Source of the DNA: Cenococcum geophilum
Lineage: Eukaryota
DNA: 64,000 bases
Assembly: GCA_050273025.1 (NCBI GenBank)
Contig: CP158636.1
Coordinates: 3,472,001 to 3,536,000 of the forward strand
Reading direction: 5' to 3'
Part shown: positions 26,690 through 39,000 of the stretch, one piece after another
Position numbering within the stretch: position 1 is the first letter of the stretch
Layout: every line of letters starts with the position of its first letter
Program-made: the position numbers and the translations under genes
Notes under the pieces: model-generated
Told to the model about the DNA's origin: nothing
The model's input: only the letters and a program-made list of their open reading frames with translations
The model's database searches: none

Positions 26690-27430
26690 ATACAGTGTCC
26701 AAGCCTTCTGCCTATACTAATATTAGGTTGCAATGTCCTGCGTATAATATATATTTAGGGTATACGTTATCCTAATCTTATTCTAACGTCAGGTTGCGAT
26801 ATCCTACGTATAATGCGTTTAGGGTATATAGTATCCTAGTTTCGTTCTTTAACATTAGGTCGCGATGTCCTGCGTATAATATATTTAGGGTATATATTAT
26901 CCTAGTCTTTTTATCTAACGTTAGGTTGTTGTAACGTGGCCCGCCTCCACGTCGCCATACGGCCAAAAAGACTGAGAGTGCTTGCGAACTTGTCGCAAGC
27001 GCGGCGGGACCTAATATATATACTCTTACAATTGCCCTCTCCTCTGCGCGCTCGTCCTCGAGCGCTCGCAGGGATTCCTCTATGCGCCCGTTCTCGGGCC
27101 TCCACAGGGATCAAACGCCAAGAGTATCACCATATTAGTTAGTCCCCAGTAACGTAAGCGATTGGAATCTCCACCGACGCCTTATTGCATGAATGCGCGT
27201 TAGACTGTACCAGAGCGAAGTAACCGATAGAGATCGAACCCACGACACCTGGCCCCAGCAAGTTCGCAAGCACAATTGTAACGTGGCCCGCCTCCACGTT
27301 GCCATACGGCCAAAAAGACTAAGAGTGCTTGCGAACTTGTCGTAAGCGCGGCGGGACCTAATATATATACTCTTACAGTTGTAATATCCTGCGTATAATA
27401 TATATTTAGGGTATACGGTATCCTAGTCTT
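26690..27430. repeat. ~65-bp tandem repeat array in E, interrupted by TRIM K
   Basis: Recurrent AGGTTGCRATRTCCTGCGTATAAT..TTTAGGGTATA..TATCCTAGT units at ~26724, 26791, 26857 and across 26923/27378. Confidence 0.75.
26930..27377 (-). mobile_element. K: 448-bp terminal-repeat retrotransposon in miniature (TRIM)
   Basis: 101-bp LTRs 26930-27030 and 27277-27377 (TG..CA, 3 transition differences); TSD GTTGT; PPT AGAGGAGAGGG on minus next to the left LTR; 246-bp non-coding interior. Confidence 0.93.
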
Positions 27431-30400
27431 AGGTGGCTTAGCATTAAGGTTAATTTAGCACCTATTATTATATTAAGTATATAGGCGGACTTCGCTAGGG
27501 CGTATCCATCGCAATATATACTATAATGCGTTCCTCTTCTCCCTCTATATTAGGCCCTAGTTACAGCTAAAAGGTATACCGCTAGGGCCTTAGGTTTTCC
27601 GAAAGCTGCGTTTATCTAGCAATTTATATTCGCAGCGCCGGCGTTTAGGGGGTCCTTAGAGCCGTCTGGCTATTAAGTAGTCTCCCTTAGAGCTTAGTTA
27701 GGAAAGCGTCGCCTTCCTAGGGTTCCGTCCTCTAAACCTAACCCTACGGAGCCTATACTATAACCGCGCTTTAAATATAAGGATCTGCCGCTGCTAGCTA
27801 CGCGGTCTTCCGCGAGCTTTATAGTGTAGAGCAGTTACTCTATATAGCGGATTTCTGTAAAGAGGTCTTTAGCGGTTTTTACCTATATAGTGAAGTTCTG
27901 GCGGAAGAGCTCTGCTTATAGGTAGGTTAGAAGGCATAAGAACTAAAAGTTTACCTCTTAATTAGGGTCGATAAAAGGGGTATATAAGAAGAGGTCCTCT
28001 AAGCTATATATACGGGCTAAGAAGGTGTTAAACTTCTAGTTCTCCTTTATTACAGTTATATAGTATATAGTAGCATTTTTAAAGCGTCTTACTATAGGGT
28101 TCTTAATCTGGTCTTAGACTATAGTCTTAAGTTCGTCCTATAGTAAAGGACCTTTATCTTTGGCGCCTAGACGGTAATATACTAGTTAGGCAACTATCTT
28201 CTCTTTTATAAGACCTTTAATAGCCTAGTGCGTACGTCGCTTGTAGTTGTAGTCAGCGTTATAGATCTTAAATCAATTCTTAATTATAGCAATCCACCGG
28301 TCAAACTTCTATTAAGTAGTGCCACTAATATTAGGCAGTAACTTCTTAATCAGGGCGTTGAGATTTGTTTATTATATACGTTCGCTACACAACTTATACT
28401 CTTTACTAGAGAGACAACAGAAGGGCTTTATTAAATTAATAATGCTCCGTAAGTTAGCTATTTTATTAGCCAGCTTATCTAGCTCCTTTAGGTCAGCAGT
28501 ATTTAGTAGGACGCTAATAACCTTACTAAGCTCCTATTAAGCCTAGGTATATAAGTCGAACTAGTCTCTAGCGTTTATAGATGTCTAATCTTAAGATTTA
28601 GAAGGTGGCTTAGATTCTACTAGTATGCTACTAGCGTTTTCGTCTGCACTAGATGCTAAGGCGCTTTGCTATTATATTGCGGGCGTATTACCGTTAAGTG
28701 TAGGCGTTAATCTTGTCTTCAAAGGCATTATAGATCGTAGAAAATTAAACCAGCTATCCTCCTAAAGGGATTAGTAAGGATTTAAATATAAGGTAAGAAT
28801 GTAGATAGGGAGTCCAATGATAGAATAATAGGTATATTGTATAGACAGAGACGAATCCTTAAGGGAGAAGGAGGAGTCTAAAGTGCGAGGTAAGGGGTTT
28901 CCATAGGCACGTGCAGCGCACGTGCCTCACAGGCGAGTCGCCTGTAGGTCGCCTGTACCTCGCAGCTATATAGCTATCTACTTAGGTTTTACCTAACAGG
29001 TATACTATAGAGACTTAGTAATAGGCTTTGCGAATTAGTTTAGTCCGTAAATTATTAATGTTAGGGACTATAAGCTGCTCTTAATATAGGAGTAATCCTT
29101 CCTCTATTTTAAAATTGGGGTTTCCTCTTACAGCTTAATTACGGAGGGCCTTTAGGGCGTTAGCCATGCGGTTTATAGTTAAGAGGCGGTTAATTAGCCC
29201 TATTAGTTTATTTAAGAACTCCTTTATTAATACTAGCTCGTTTTACTAAAAGTCTAGCTCCTTAAGGATTTATAGGTTAAGCTATTCGGGATAGAGAAGC
29301 GTGCGCGTCTAATATTAGGTCTTTAGCTTATTCTAGGGTCCTATATCTTATTCTCTTTAAGTTAAGGTATTAGCCTTAGAGTTTTATTTACTAGAATAAT
29401 ATATAATTATAAAGAAGAATTAGGAGAGTACTTTAGCCTACTAGGCTTACTATTTAGTAAGCTACTTTATAGTTATAAAGTACTCTAAGGCCTTATAATC
29501 TATATATATCTTAATCCGAGAGTTTATACCTTTAAGCTCCGCGCGTTATTAAGATAGTAATTAAATAATAGCTAGCATTTCTTTATTATATATTTTATAG
29601 TTACACTTAGTGTAACCGACTACCGGTACTATGTCTGTCTCACTAGCGTACTACCCTATTTCAGTTGCCTAGCCCTTGACTCGCTTACCGACTCGGTCTA
29701 CTTTTATGTATTTATACCACTTGATTTCCATAGATTTATAATTAAGTTGCTCGTTCAATTCCACACACTATAAAGCTTATAGTTATGAGCCCGGCCTACC
29801 TACCGTACTGCATCTGATCTGTACATTCAGCGCTTACTAAGCAATTAATCTGCTACCTCGTTTAAGAAGTCACTACTTCTTTCACCTTTATAAGTGTTTC
29901 GAGCTTCTTCCGGGTACCTCTATTATACTCATAATTACCTTTATTTACTAAACGGACGATCGAATATCGAACATATCGAATATTGAACATCGATTGAACC
30001 GAATCTGACCGTACGAACCCGACCGTACGAACCCCAACCTCCTTTAACCCAGATACACAACTATTCGATAGAGTCGACCTATCCACCACAGCGTAACGAC
30101 CTCATATGGCGTCCAAGTGAGAGCACAGAGCTAGAGCGAGATGCCAGAGCACGGAGCCAGAGCAGAAGCTAGCTTGGATATACTGATGGTGAGAGACAAG
30201 GATATTGGGTAGACACAAGGAAGGCACCAGACCGACGGCAGCAAGAGGACCGTCGCCAAAACCAGACAACCGTTCGAACGACTAGCTAGCGAACACTAGA
30301 GCCTCAATATAGGCCTGTCACCAAATCAAATCAAGGCCTCCTGGGGAGGCACCAACACTACAATCAGTCGCAGCTATTACGCTATAGACGCCTTCCGCTA

Positions 30401-31134
30401 CAACCAGTCGCAGCCATCACGCTGTAGACGCCCTTCCGAAACGCCAGCCTATATTGGCACCAGCCTCATCGGCACCAATCTCGACGTCTTAACGTCACCA
30501 GATATGATGTCTTAACGTCACCAGAGTCACCAAATGACTACGTCAATCTCCTGCAACAACAGCAGCGTCCTTCCTGCAATAACAGCAGCGTCTAAAGCAC
30601 ATTAATGCAATTGAGCAGCTTTATAAGCACGTTAATGCAATTAAATAGCTTTAAAGATCTACCTTAATTACAGCTTAAATGACTACCTTAAGTTCCACCT
30701 TAACTATAGATTAAATGACTACCTTGAATATAGATCAAAATATCTACCTTGGTTACAGATTAAATGACTACCCCGAGTATAGATTAAACGACTACCTTAA
30801 ATACAGATTAAATGGATATGTCTATGTGGCTAAGCGAGCACTACAGTAGCACCCCTGTATCTTAGCAACACTAACATTATTAATATTTACAAAATTGAGC
30901 CTTGCTTGCTTGCTTTCTATATTAGTCTTATTTAAGAGCTAATGCCTTATTTACTTAATTTCTAATAATTAATTGTTGCTGTTGATGACTTAATAACCTA
31001 TACGCTTATTTAAACCTTCGCGAATTATCCGTGAAAACCTTAAAAACTCAACTAACGACGACACACTCGATGAGCTAAACTTCTTAGAGGTTACCTACTA
31101 GTCTCCCTTACCTTCCCCTATACCTTTAGGCGAT

Positions 31135-32100
31135 ATGCTAGCGTTACAGTCTCTATCCTCCATAATAGTGCCTCTCTCCGCGGCTTAATGCGAGACTTTA
31201 GCCGCTAAAAAAGCCGAAGAACGGCTTTAGTAACTACATAAGGAGGACCTAAGGATTAGAAGAGCTTAGGTAAAGGAGGTTAAGGACTAGGCAACTAACT
31301 GGAAAATAAGACTCCTTTAGGAATAGGAGGACCGTACCAAAATGCTACGCGTCTAAAAAGAATAGGAAGATTAGGTGACTGAACTCTATATATTAAGCCT
31401 CGCTACGGTAATAGCGAGATTAGCTATAGCAGTGTTATTCTTAACCCTAATTAATAAACTGGGTAAGTTGCTCCTATTTATAGCCAATATCCTAAATACT
31501 TTTCTCCCTGGCGTCCTGAATAAAGAGATACTTAAGGTATTTTAGGGTACTTTCTTGCCTAATAACCTCTCTCGCCTTTAGATATACTAGCTCTGGTCTA
31601 AGCCTTAGAATAATATCCTTATTGTTAACAGCGTCCTTTCTATAAGACTAAAAGAAGGGATAATAAAGGACTACTTATCTGTTGAAGTGTGGGTGGAGGG
31701 CTTCCTTAACTATATAATGATTTTAATTATTATATATAAGAATCTTTCGGTAGATCTTATTCCCTAAATGCTTACCTTTTATAATTAAGTTATTTGGCTA
31801 TCTGCTACCTACTAAATTACTCCCTTAATAACTATGGCCTTAGAGTACTACTTTATGGTTATTTAAAAGAACTAGTTAGAGCTAGCTAACTAGAAGATCT
31901 CTAGTAACTTCCTAGATATTTATTATAATCCTAGTACTTATAAATCCGCATCTATTTTAAAACGCGCGTAAGTAAGTACTAATATCTTAAGGACCTGTTA
32001 TAGCTTTAATAGAGGGAAGTATAACCTAGGCAAGGATTATAAGTTCCTACATACCTATAGTAAGTACGGTAGCCCGTATACTGCGAGGAATTATAAGTAA
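31135..32100 (+). pseudogene. Ngaro gag-like ORF remnant with C-terminal zinc finger
   Basis: De-RIP translation of ~31993-32097: CYSFNRGKCNLGKDCKFLHTCSKCGSPHTARNCK. The 5' limit is approximate. Confidence 0.75.
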
Positions 32101-32199
32101 TAATTACTAGAGGAAAGTGTTAATAAGAAAAAGGAAAAGGAGGAAGAGGATTTTATTAAGCTATACCTATACTCCGCTGAAACCGTGCTCTACCCTTAT

Positions 32200-33860
32200 A
32201 GTATAGGTAGGCTGAATACTATACTATTATTTCCAGTCTTCCTACCCTCCTCTCCTCTATAGGACTCTCCCTCCCCCTTAATTATTTAAGCGTGGGGGTG
32301 TTATCTATCCCTATACCCTGGCAACCTCTAATATAATATTATTAGTATCTTAAAGTTTGGATGCTAGATTAGGGCAGACCTAGAAATTAAGCTCCTCTCC
32401 TAGAAGAACTAAGCCTTAATAGCCATAAATACGGTCCTAATCTTAGAGAAGATTAGCGCCGATTTAGATATAGGCAGGATTATAATAGCAACGTCTTTTG
32501 TTATATTCTTGCCGCTAAGTTTAGTACCTAAAGCGGATGGGGGATGGCGCCGTATTTATAACTTATCCTTACTATCTAGCCGATCTGTTAACGACTTAAT
32601 CCCTATAGCATTCGCTATACTATAATATTTAATAGTTAATTAGGTTCTCTAATACGTTATATATATAGGCCGTAGTTGTATAATTATTAAGAGGGACATT
32701 AAGGACGCCTTTTAGAATATCCCACTTTCCATTAAAGCTTAACGCCTTATGGGGTTCTCCTAAAAGGGTGTGGTGTATTTTAAATGTTGCCTCTTATTCG
32801 GCCTTTAAACTGCACCCTTTTTATTTAATCTTTTTGTGGAGGGATTCTACTAGATACTTATCTAATATATCCTAAACGCCGCCTTAGAGCACTATCTAGA
32901 TAACTTTATCTTTATACTCTCTAACGCTTTTATTCTCCCTTAATTGCTTAATATATATAACTAATTAAGTAATAAATTAGGCATCCTATAAAATGAATTA
33001 AAGAATATTAAAGGTACTACGGCTGAAGTCCTAGGTTATATTATAGATACTCTAAAGTCTAAGCTGCGTCTTTCTCCTTTAAAACAGGCTATTACGATTA
33101 AGGAGATTAATAAAGCGTTAAGTGGTAGATCCCTAATACTGGTTTAGAGTTAAAAACTAGCTGGTAGACTTGCTTAGAGCGCCTAGGTAATTAGGCTTAG
33201 GCATTTATATAACCGCTTTATCTAGGAGTTTATCTCTACTTTTATAAAGGCAGGTAGTTATCCTCACCAACAGCTAATAGCTAAACTTCGCCAAGACTTA
33301 TTATAGTAGAGGGATACTCTTACCCTTTTAAATAGTATCCTCTTCTTTAACAATACGGATTAAAAATAATTCTATCTCTTCTTAGATGCATCTAGGATTC
33401 TTAGTTATAGGGCCTTCTTCTTCCTTAAGGATTCTTAAGGAATAATATAGCCGCCCTATTTGGTATCTCTACCCTAAGATAATTCTTTAAGCTACTACCC
33501 TAATACAGAATACCGCCTTGCCCTAATTAATAAGCGGGAGGTCTAAGCGATTACGACCTTATTTTAGCTCTAGGCAATATAGTAGGAGCACAGCTTAGTC
33601 TATATCCATACGGATAACACGGTAGCACTTTTAGGATTCTAGAATACGGTGGTAAAAGGACTAGGTAATTACCCACTCCGTAAGATCCTTTAACTAGCCG
33701 CAGCTTATAATATTACGCTCTATATAAAGTGGGTTTCCTCTATAGAAAACGGGCTAGCTAATGCTCTATCTTATTTTAATTGCAATAGGGTGTTATTATT
33801 ATGCCCATATTAGGATACTTCTAATTTACCGTTATTATACACTTCTTTATTATATTTAAT
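32200..33860 (+). pseudogene. Ngaro reverse transcriptase / RNase H remnant
   Basis: De-RIP motifs SPLGLVPKADGGWRRIHDLS (~32508-32570), KRDIKDAF, FGLRTAP, HYLDDF (~32890), DAS, TDN, NGLADALS. Limits are approximate. Confidence 0.85.
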
Positions 33861-33939
33861 CTAACACCGAAATAGGAGACCTAGTCCCTCTTAAAGACCC
33901 CCTACCTAATTTCTGGATTAAGGTAAAAGCCCCCTTAGA

Positions 33940-34900
33940 ATGCTTCGGCTAACTATTATAGCACGGCCTCTCCAATAGAATAAGAGATTTATACCATCCC
34001 GTAATTAAGAGTTAGAAGGGCTACTGCGACCTTTATAGAGTGGTAAAGTACTTAGTGCCCCTTTATTACCTAGGAGAATAGATTACCTAATAGATCTTTA
34101 GCAATACTAGTCTAGAAATAAGCCGTATTAAGCCTGCTATAGTTAGAGCCTATATCTCCGCAATTCAATCCTACTATATTAACGCTAATTATAACACCTT
34201 TGTCTTTAATAATCCTATTATTAAAGAGGATTCTAGACGGTGTAATATCTATAAATCCCTCTATTATAGCTAAAAAATTGCTAATTACTAAAGATATCCT
34301 CGCCTAATTGGTTACCCCAAATGCCTAATCCGTTAAGGATCTTAACTTTAACGCCGCCGTTACTACGGCCTTTGCGGGATTCCTTTGTCTAGGCAAGATT
34401 ACCTATACTAAGGCTTAAAAAGATAGCCACGCCTTCTCTACTATAAAATGTACTAGAAACGATATAACGCTAGCAGAGGACTATATAATATTACGTTTAA
34501 AGCGTAGTAAAACGGACGTTAATTACCAAGGAGTCTTAATTATAATTGCCGCTTTAGGGCAACCTAAATATATAGTTTAAGCTATAAAACACCTGTTTAA
34601 AAATAACCCCTAACCCAGAAACGCCCTTCTCTTTTACTTTAAGAGATCGGCCTTTATAAGCTACGCGGTTAGGAATAAGCTAAAGTATAGAGTTGCCGCT
34701 CTTGGCCTCTACTCTAAGCTCTATAACGGATACTCGTTTTAGAAAGGTGCTGCTTAATATGCTTAAGACAACGGTTTTATAGACGGCTAAATATAATAAC
34801 TGGGCTGGTGGTCCTTATAAGCGTTCCAGCTTTACTGTTTATTATCCCTAAAAGACCTATTTTGGCTAAGTATAAACTTCTAACGTAGAACGCTAATACC
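33940..34900 (+). pseudogene. Ngaro tyrosine recombinase remnant
   Basis: De-RIP motifs AFAGFLRLGE (~34368), LKRSKTD (~34496), GHSFRKGAA (~34728), LGRWSS.AFQLY (~34800), matching the R-K-HxxR-W-Y catalytic set. Confidence 0.85.
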
Positions 34901-36019
34901 GTTCTTATTATTACTCGCCCTAGATGTAATAGGCGAAGGTATTTAGGTATAACGGCGTGCAGAAGTACCTATTTTGGCACTCTAATATATTAACTCGAAT
35001 CTCTCCTTTTCCCCCCTTTTTTATTTTTTATTTTTTCTTCCCCCTATTCTACCTTGTGTGGTATAGGCGCTGCGCTTCTAGGTCTATAGGTATTACGTTT
35101 AGTTAAGGCAGGGTAATCCCCTGTAAATGGCCTTGCGAATATACCTATTCTTAATTAATGCCTTTAAGCCCGTACCCACCAATTAAATTAATTAATCCTC
35201 TTTTCCGCAAGCGTGTAAATAATAGATAGATATATCTATGTGGCTAAGCGAGTACTGTAGCAGCACCCCTACATCTTAGTAATACTAACATTATTAATAT
35301 TTACAAAATTGAGCCTTGCTTGCTTGCTTTCCCTCCCACCTATACCTTTTTCTTTGGTTGTATATTTTGGGCTTTATAAATAGATACTATAGCGATATGC
35401 TTGCGCACGGGTCCATGGGCATTACGTTTAGTTAAGGCAGGGCAATCCCCTGTAAATGGCCTTGCGAATATACCTATTCTCAATTGATGCCTTTGAGCCC
35501 GTACCCACCAATTAGATTAATTAATCCTCTTCTCCGCAAGCGTGTAAATAATAGATTACTATACCTCTTTGAATATAGTCTCCTAAGAGGCTAGGGAGGA
35601 TACCTTTTTAAACATAGTCTCCTAAGAGGCTAAGGAGGACATCTCTTTAAATATAGCTCTATATCCAGAGATATAAAGTTAGGGAGATATATTCTAAAAC
35701 GACCCTTTTTTTTACTCCTGTTTGAGACAGTTTCTACCTTCATTTTTCTTTCTATAGCTTTAACTACACCGTCAAATCTAGGGGGGTGTGTAACCGACTA
35801 CCGGTACTATATCTGTCTCACTAGCGTACTACCCTGTTTTAGTTGCCTAGCCCTTAACTCGCTCACCAACTCAGTCTACTTTCATGTATTTATACCACTT
35901 GATTTCCATAGATTTATAATTAAGTTGCTTGTTTAATTCCTACACACTGCAAAGCTTACACTTAGCTAAGTCTATTATTTTTAAAAAGAAGGTAATAGGG
36001 TACTATTTACCGTCCTAAT

Positions 36020-39000
36020 TGTTACGGAGTAAGTAGAAGCGGCGATAATATATAGCGAGGTAGATATTATTAAGTTATATATATAAACTATATAAGAAGT
36101 CAAGACGTTATATAAGGAAAGAAGGTAAGGAAATGAGAAGAAAGGGTATATATTGTTAGCTTGGTTGCTTAGTTAATATATACATAGAGCAGAATAGGAT
36201 TCTAGCAGTAGTCCTAGCAGAACTTGGCAGGATTTAGTAGAACTTAGCGGAATATAGCAGGATTTAGTGGAACTTAGTAGAATATAGCAGAATATAGCAG
36301 ATTGCCGTCAGGTTGCCGCAGATTACTATTAGATTGCCATTTTAAGGTCGGTAGAAATAGGTAGACGTGTATAAGGTATTACGGGAGTATCCCATAATAG
36401 TACCCCCCCTTTAAACTTAAGCTTCTGCGAGATAGGGTTATAGTAGTTTTAGGTAGAGTTTATAAAAGTCTTTTATAGCTTATGTAAGTCCTATAGAGTT
36501 AATAGGTTCCTATAAGAGCTTAATAAAGCCTCTCCATTTCGTAAGGTATATATATTAGCGTTTTTGTTTATCGTACTTAATATTATTAATTCTTTTAATA
36601 AAGTACTCATTCTCACTATCCACTTTAACTAGTGGGGGAGGGTCTTATATCTGTTTAGGCAGAGCGTCTAATATAGGGGTAGTGGGGCGAAGGACTAACG
36701 TATAGAATATGGGGTGGATTTTAACCGTATCAGGGAGCTTTAATTGGTAGGAGTAGAAGGAGATGACCTTCTTAACCTTATAAGGGCCAGTGTTCTTCTA
36801 ATTAAGTTTCTTAGCAGGTCGTTTTATATTTAGATTTCTTATATCTAGCTAGATAAAGTCACTAATTTAATAGGCCGGTGCTAGGGTTTGTTTCCTATTT
36901 GCTGCGGCTTTATAGACAGATTAAGCCTATGTTATTTCGTTAGTAAGGAACCGTTATAGTTCCTCTATCTTTTCTACGAATTTATTTGCTTTTATAACTT
37001 ATAAGGCGTAATAAGCGAGGCGAGGAACATTACTAAAAGGTTTAAAACCTATTTATAGATACTGGCTGTAGTTGGCTAGGAACGGGGAGACTTTTATAGT
37101 TTCTAAGACGGAGTTATTTATAGTAAACTTAGCGAATATAAGCCAGTTAATCCAGTTATCTTATAAGTACGACGTGTATATCCGAATATACTATTCTATT
37201 ATAGCGTTTATACGTTCTATTTAGCTATCCGTTTCTAGGTAGTATGCTATAAACAATAGTGCTTTAATGCGGAGTTAGGTAGTTAGTTCTTTCTAAAATA
37301 CAGAGATAAACTAGCTACCTTTATTAGAGATAATCGTTTTAGGAAGTCTATGGAGTTTCTATATATAATCTAGGAACAGTTAGGCGATAGTAGGTGTTAA
37401 TATATTAGAATAGGCGATTAAGTGTCTTATCTTAGATAATCGGTCTATAACTACTATAATATTTATACAGCCTTTGCTTATAGGGAGATTAATAATAAAG
37501 TTAATCGAGATATCCTTCTATCTTCGGTCCGGAATAGGTAGTGGCTTTAGAAGGCCGTTATACGTCTTATACAAAGCTTTGGCTTATCGGCAGATATGGC
37601 AGCTAGAGACGTACCTTTATATTATATTATACATATTCGGCTAATAGTATTCTTATTAGAGCAGTTCTAGGGTTTTTCCTTAACCCGGGTAGCCGGCTAC
37701 TAGTAGATTATATACATGTTTAAGGAGCTTAAGCTTAAGTTTGTCGTGGTTAGGTATAACTAGGCGGTTATAGTAGTATAAGCGGTCTCTACAAGTTTCG
37801 CATTTACTTAGAGAGATTCTTTTAGAGCGTCTAACGCTATCTTAAATTAGCTTAAGCGTCTCTTAGATAAACTCGTTATTTAGGTATTCATTAATTATAA
37901 TCTGTTTAATTAATTAATTAGTTATTTTAAGGACGTATACCGTAAGATCTTTGGTGGGAGGGTTGAATAGTTTAGGACGAAGTAGGGTCTAATTTCGGTA
38001 AGAGCGTGCTTTTTCCAATGCTGGCGCGTCTTGTGAGCGTTAAGTTAGGGCATTAAGCTTCTGACCTTAAACGCCTGGATAGTACGTAATTAAGAATTGG
38101 AAATAAGACAGGTATTCTAACTAGCGGGCCTGTTAATGACTTAACTGCTTTATGGTCGTGAAGTACTATAGACTCTTATAGTTGCTAAGGACCTTAATTG
38201 GAAATCTAGCGCCTTCTAGTTTAGGTCGCCATTATTTAAAATATTTAATAATAGCTAGCAATTCCTTATCGTAGATCTCGTAGTTATATTTAGCTGGACT
38301 TAGTTATTTTAAGAAGTATGCTATAGGGTATAATACTCTATTCTCGTTATATTGAGACAGAATACCTCTAGTAACGTAGTTAGATAAATTAGCTTCTATA
38401 ACACTTATTTGGTTTAGGTTAAAGTGTTATAGTATAGGCGCGGTAGTAAATATAACCTTTAGATAAGTAAAGGCCTTTTTATATTCCTTATTAAAGATAA
38501 AGGCTTTATCCTTTTAGGTTAAAGCTATAAGGGGCGAGACTAGGGCGGAGAAGTTATTAATAAACTATTAGTAGAAATTGGCAAATCCTATAAACGCTCT
38601 TATATCCTTAACGTTCTTAGGTTCCTACCAGTTTATAATTACTTTAACTTTCTTTAGGTCTATTTGTATACCGTTTATAAAAATAAGGAGTCTAAGGTAT
38701 AGGACTTCCGTTTTATAGAACTCGCATTTATCTATATCTAATTATAGACTAGCTCCGTATAGGGCTTATAGAATAAGGTTAACGTGTTTCCAATATTTAG
38801 TTAGGTTATTACTGTATATTAGGATGTTATTAATATAAGCAGTATAGAAGATGTCCAGGTAGGGACGTAGGGTGTTATTTATATAATGTTGGAACAAGCT
38901 CGGGGCATTTATAAGGCTAAATAGCGTTACTAAATATTTAAATAATCTATACTGAGTACGGAATGTAGTAAGCTATTTATCTCCTTTTGCTATATAGAGG

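Larger units (their letters stand above)
18637..28998 (-). mobile_element. Element E: non-autonomous Gypsy-derived LTR element (~3.9 kb without inserts) with gag and vestigial pol
   Basis: 212-bp LTRs 18637-18848 and 28787-28998; TSD GGTAT; PPT 18852-18862; gag-like start MPLKTR at ~28728. Only integrase fragments (CxxC..PYGKLQPL..DxITDLP; VDRFxK) flank insert J, and no RT was seen. Confidence 0.85.
30812..35556 (+). mobile_element. Ngaro-type (DIRS order) tyrosine-recombinase retrotransposon, complete structure, RIP-inactivated
   Basis: Split direct repeats A1 30812-30917, B1 35081-35227, A2 35226-35331, B2 35410-35556; gag, RT/RNase H and YR remnants in that order; no 5-bp TSD. Confidence 0.92.
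29611..35960 (+). mobile_element. F: non-autonomous Copia-derived LTR element (~1.6 kb without insert), related to the H/M family
   Basis: LTRs 29611-29781 and 35789-35960; TSD CTTAG; PBS GTTATGAGCCCGG; PPT GGGGGG. LTR termini, U5, 5' leader and pre-PPT sequence match H/M. The interior holds short tandem repeats and no pol. Confidence 0.88.

Noticed and set aside
30542..30556. 14-nt match TCAATCTCCTGCAA to the CorA-like pseudogene (minus strand ~2671-2684)
   Set aside because: Too short and not extendable; compatible with chance.
29611..35960. A novel LTR retrotransposon using tyrosine recombinase instead of integrase
   Set aside because: The YR/RT region has its own Ngaro split direct repeats, so it is a nested insertion in a Copia-derived shell.
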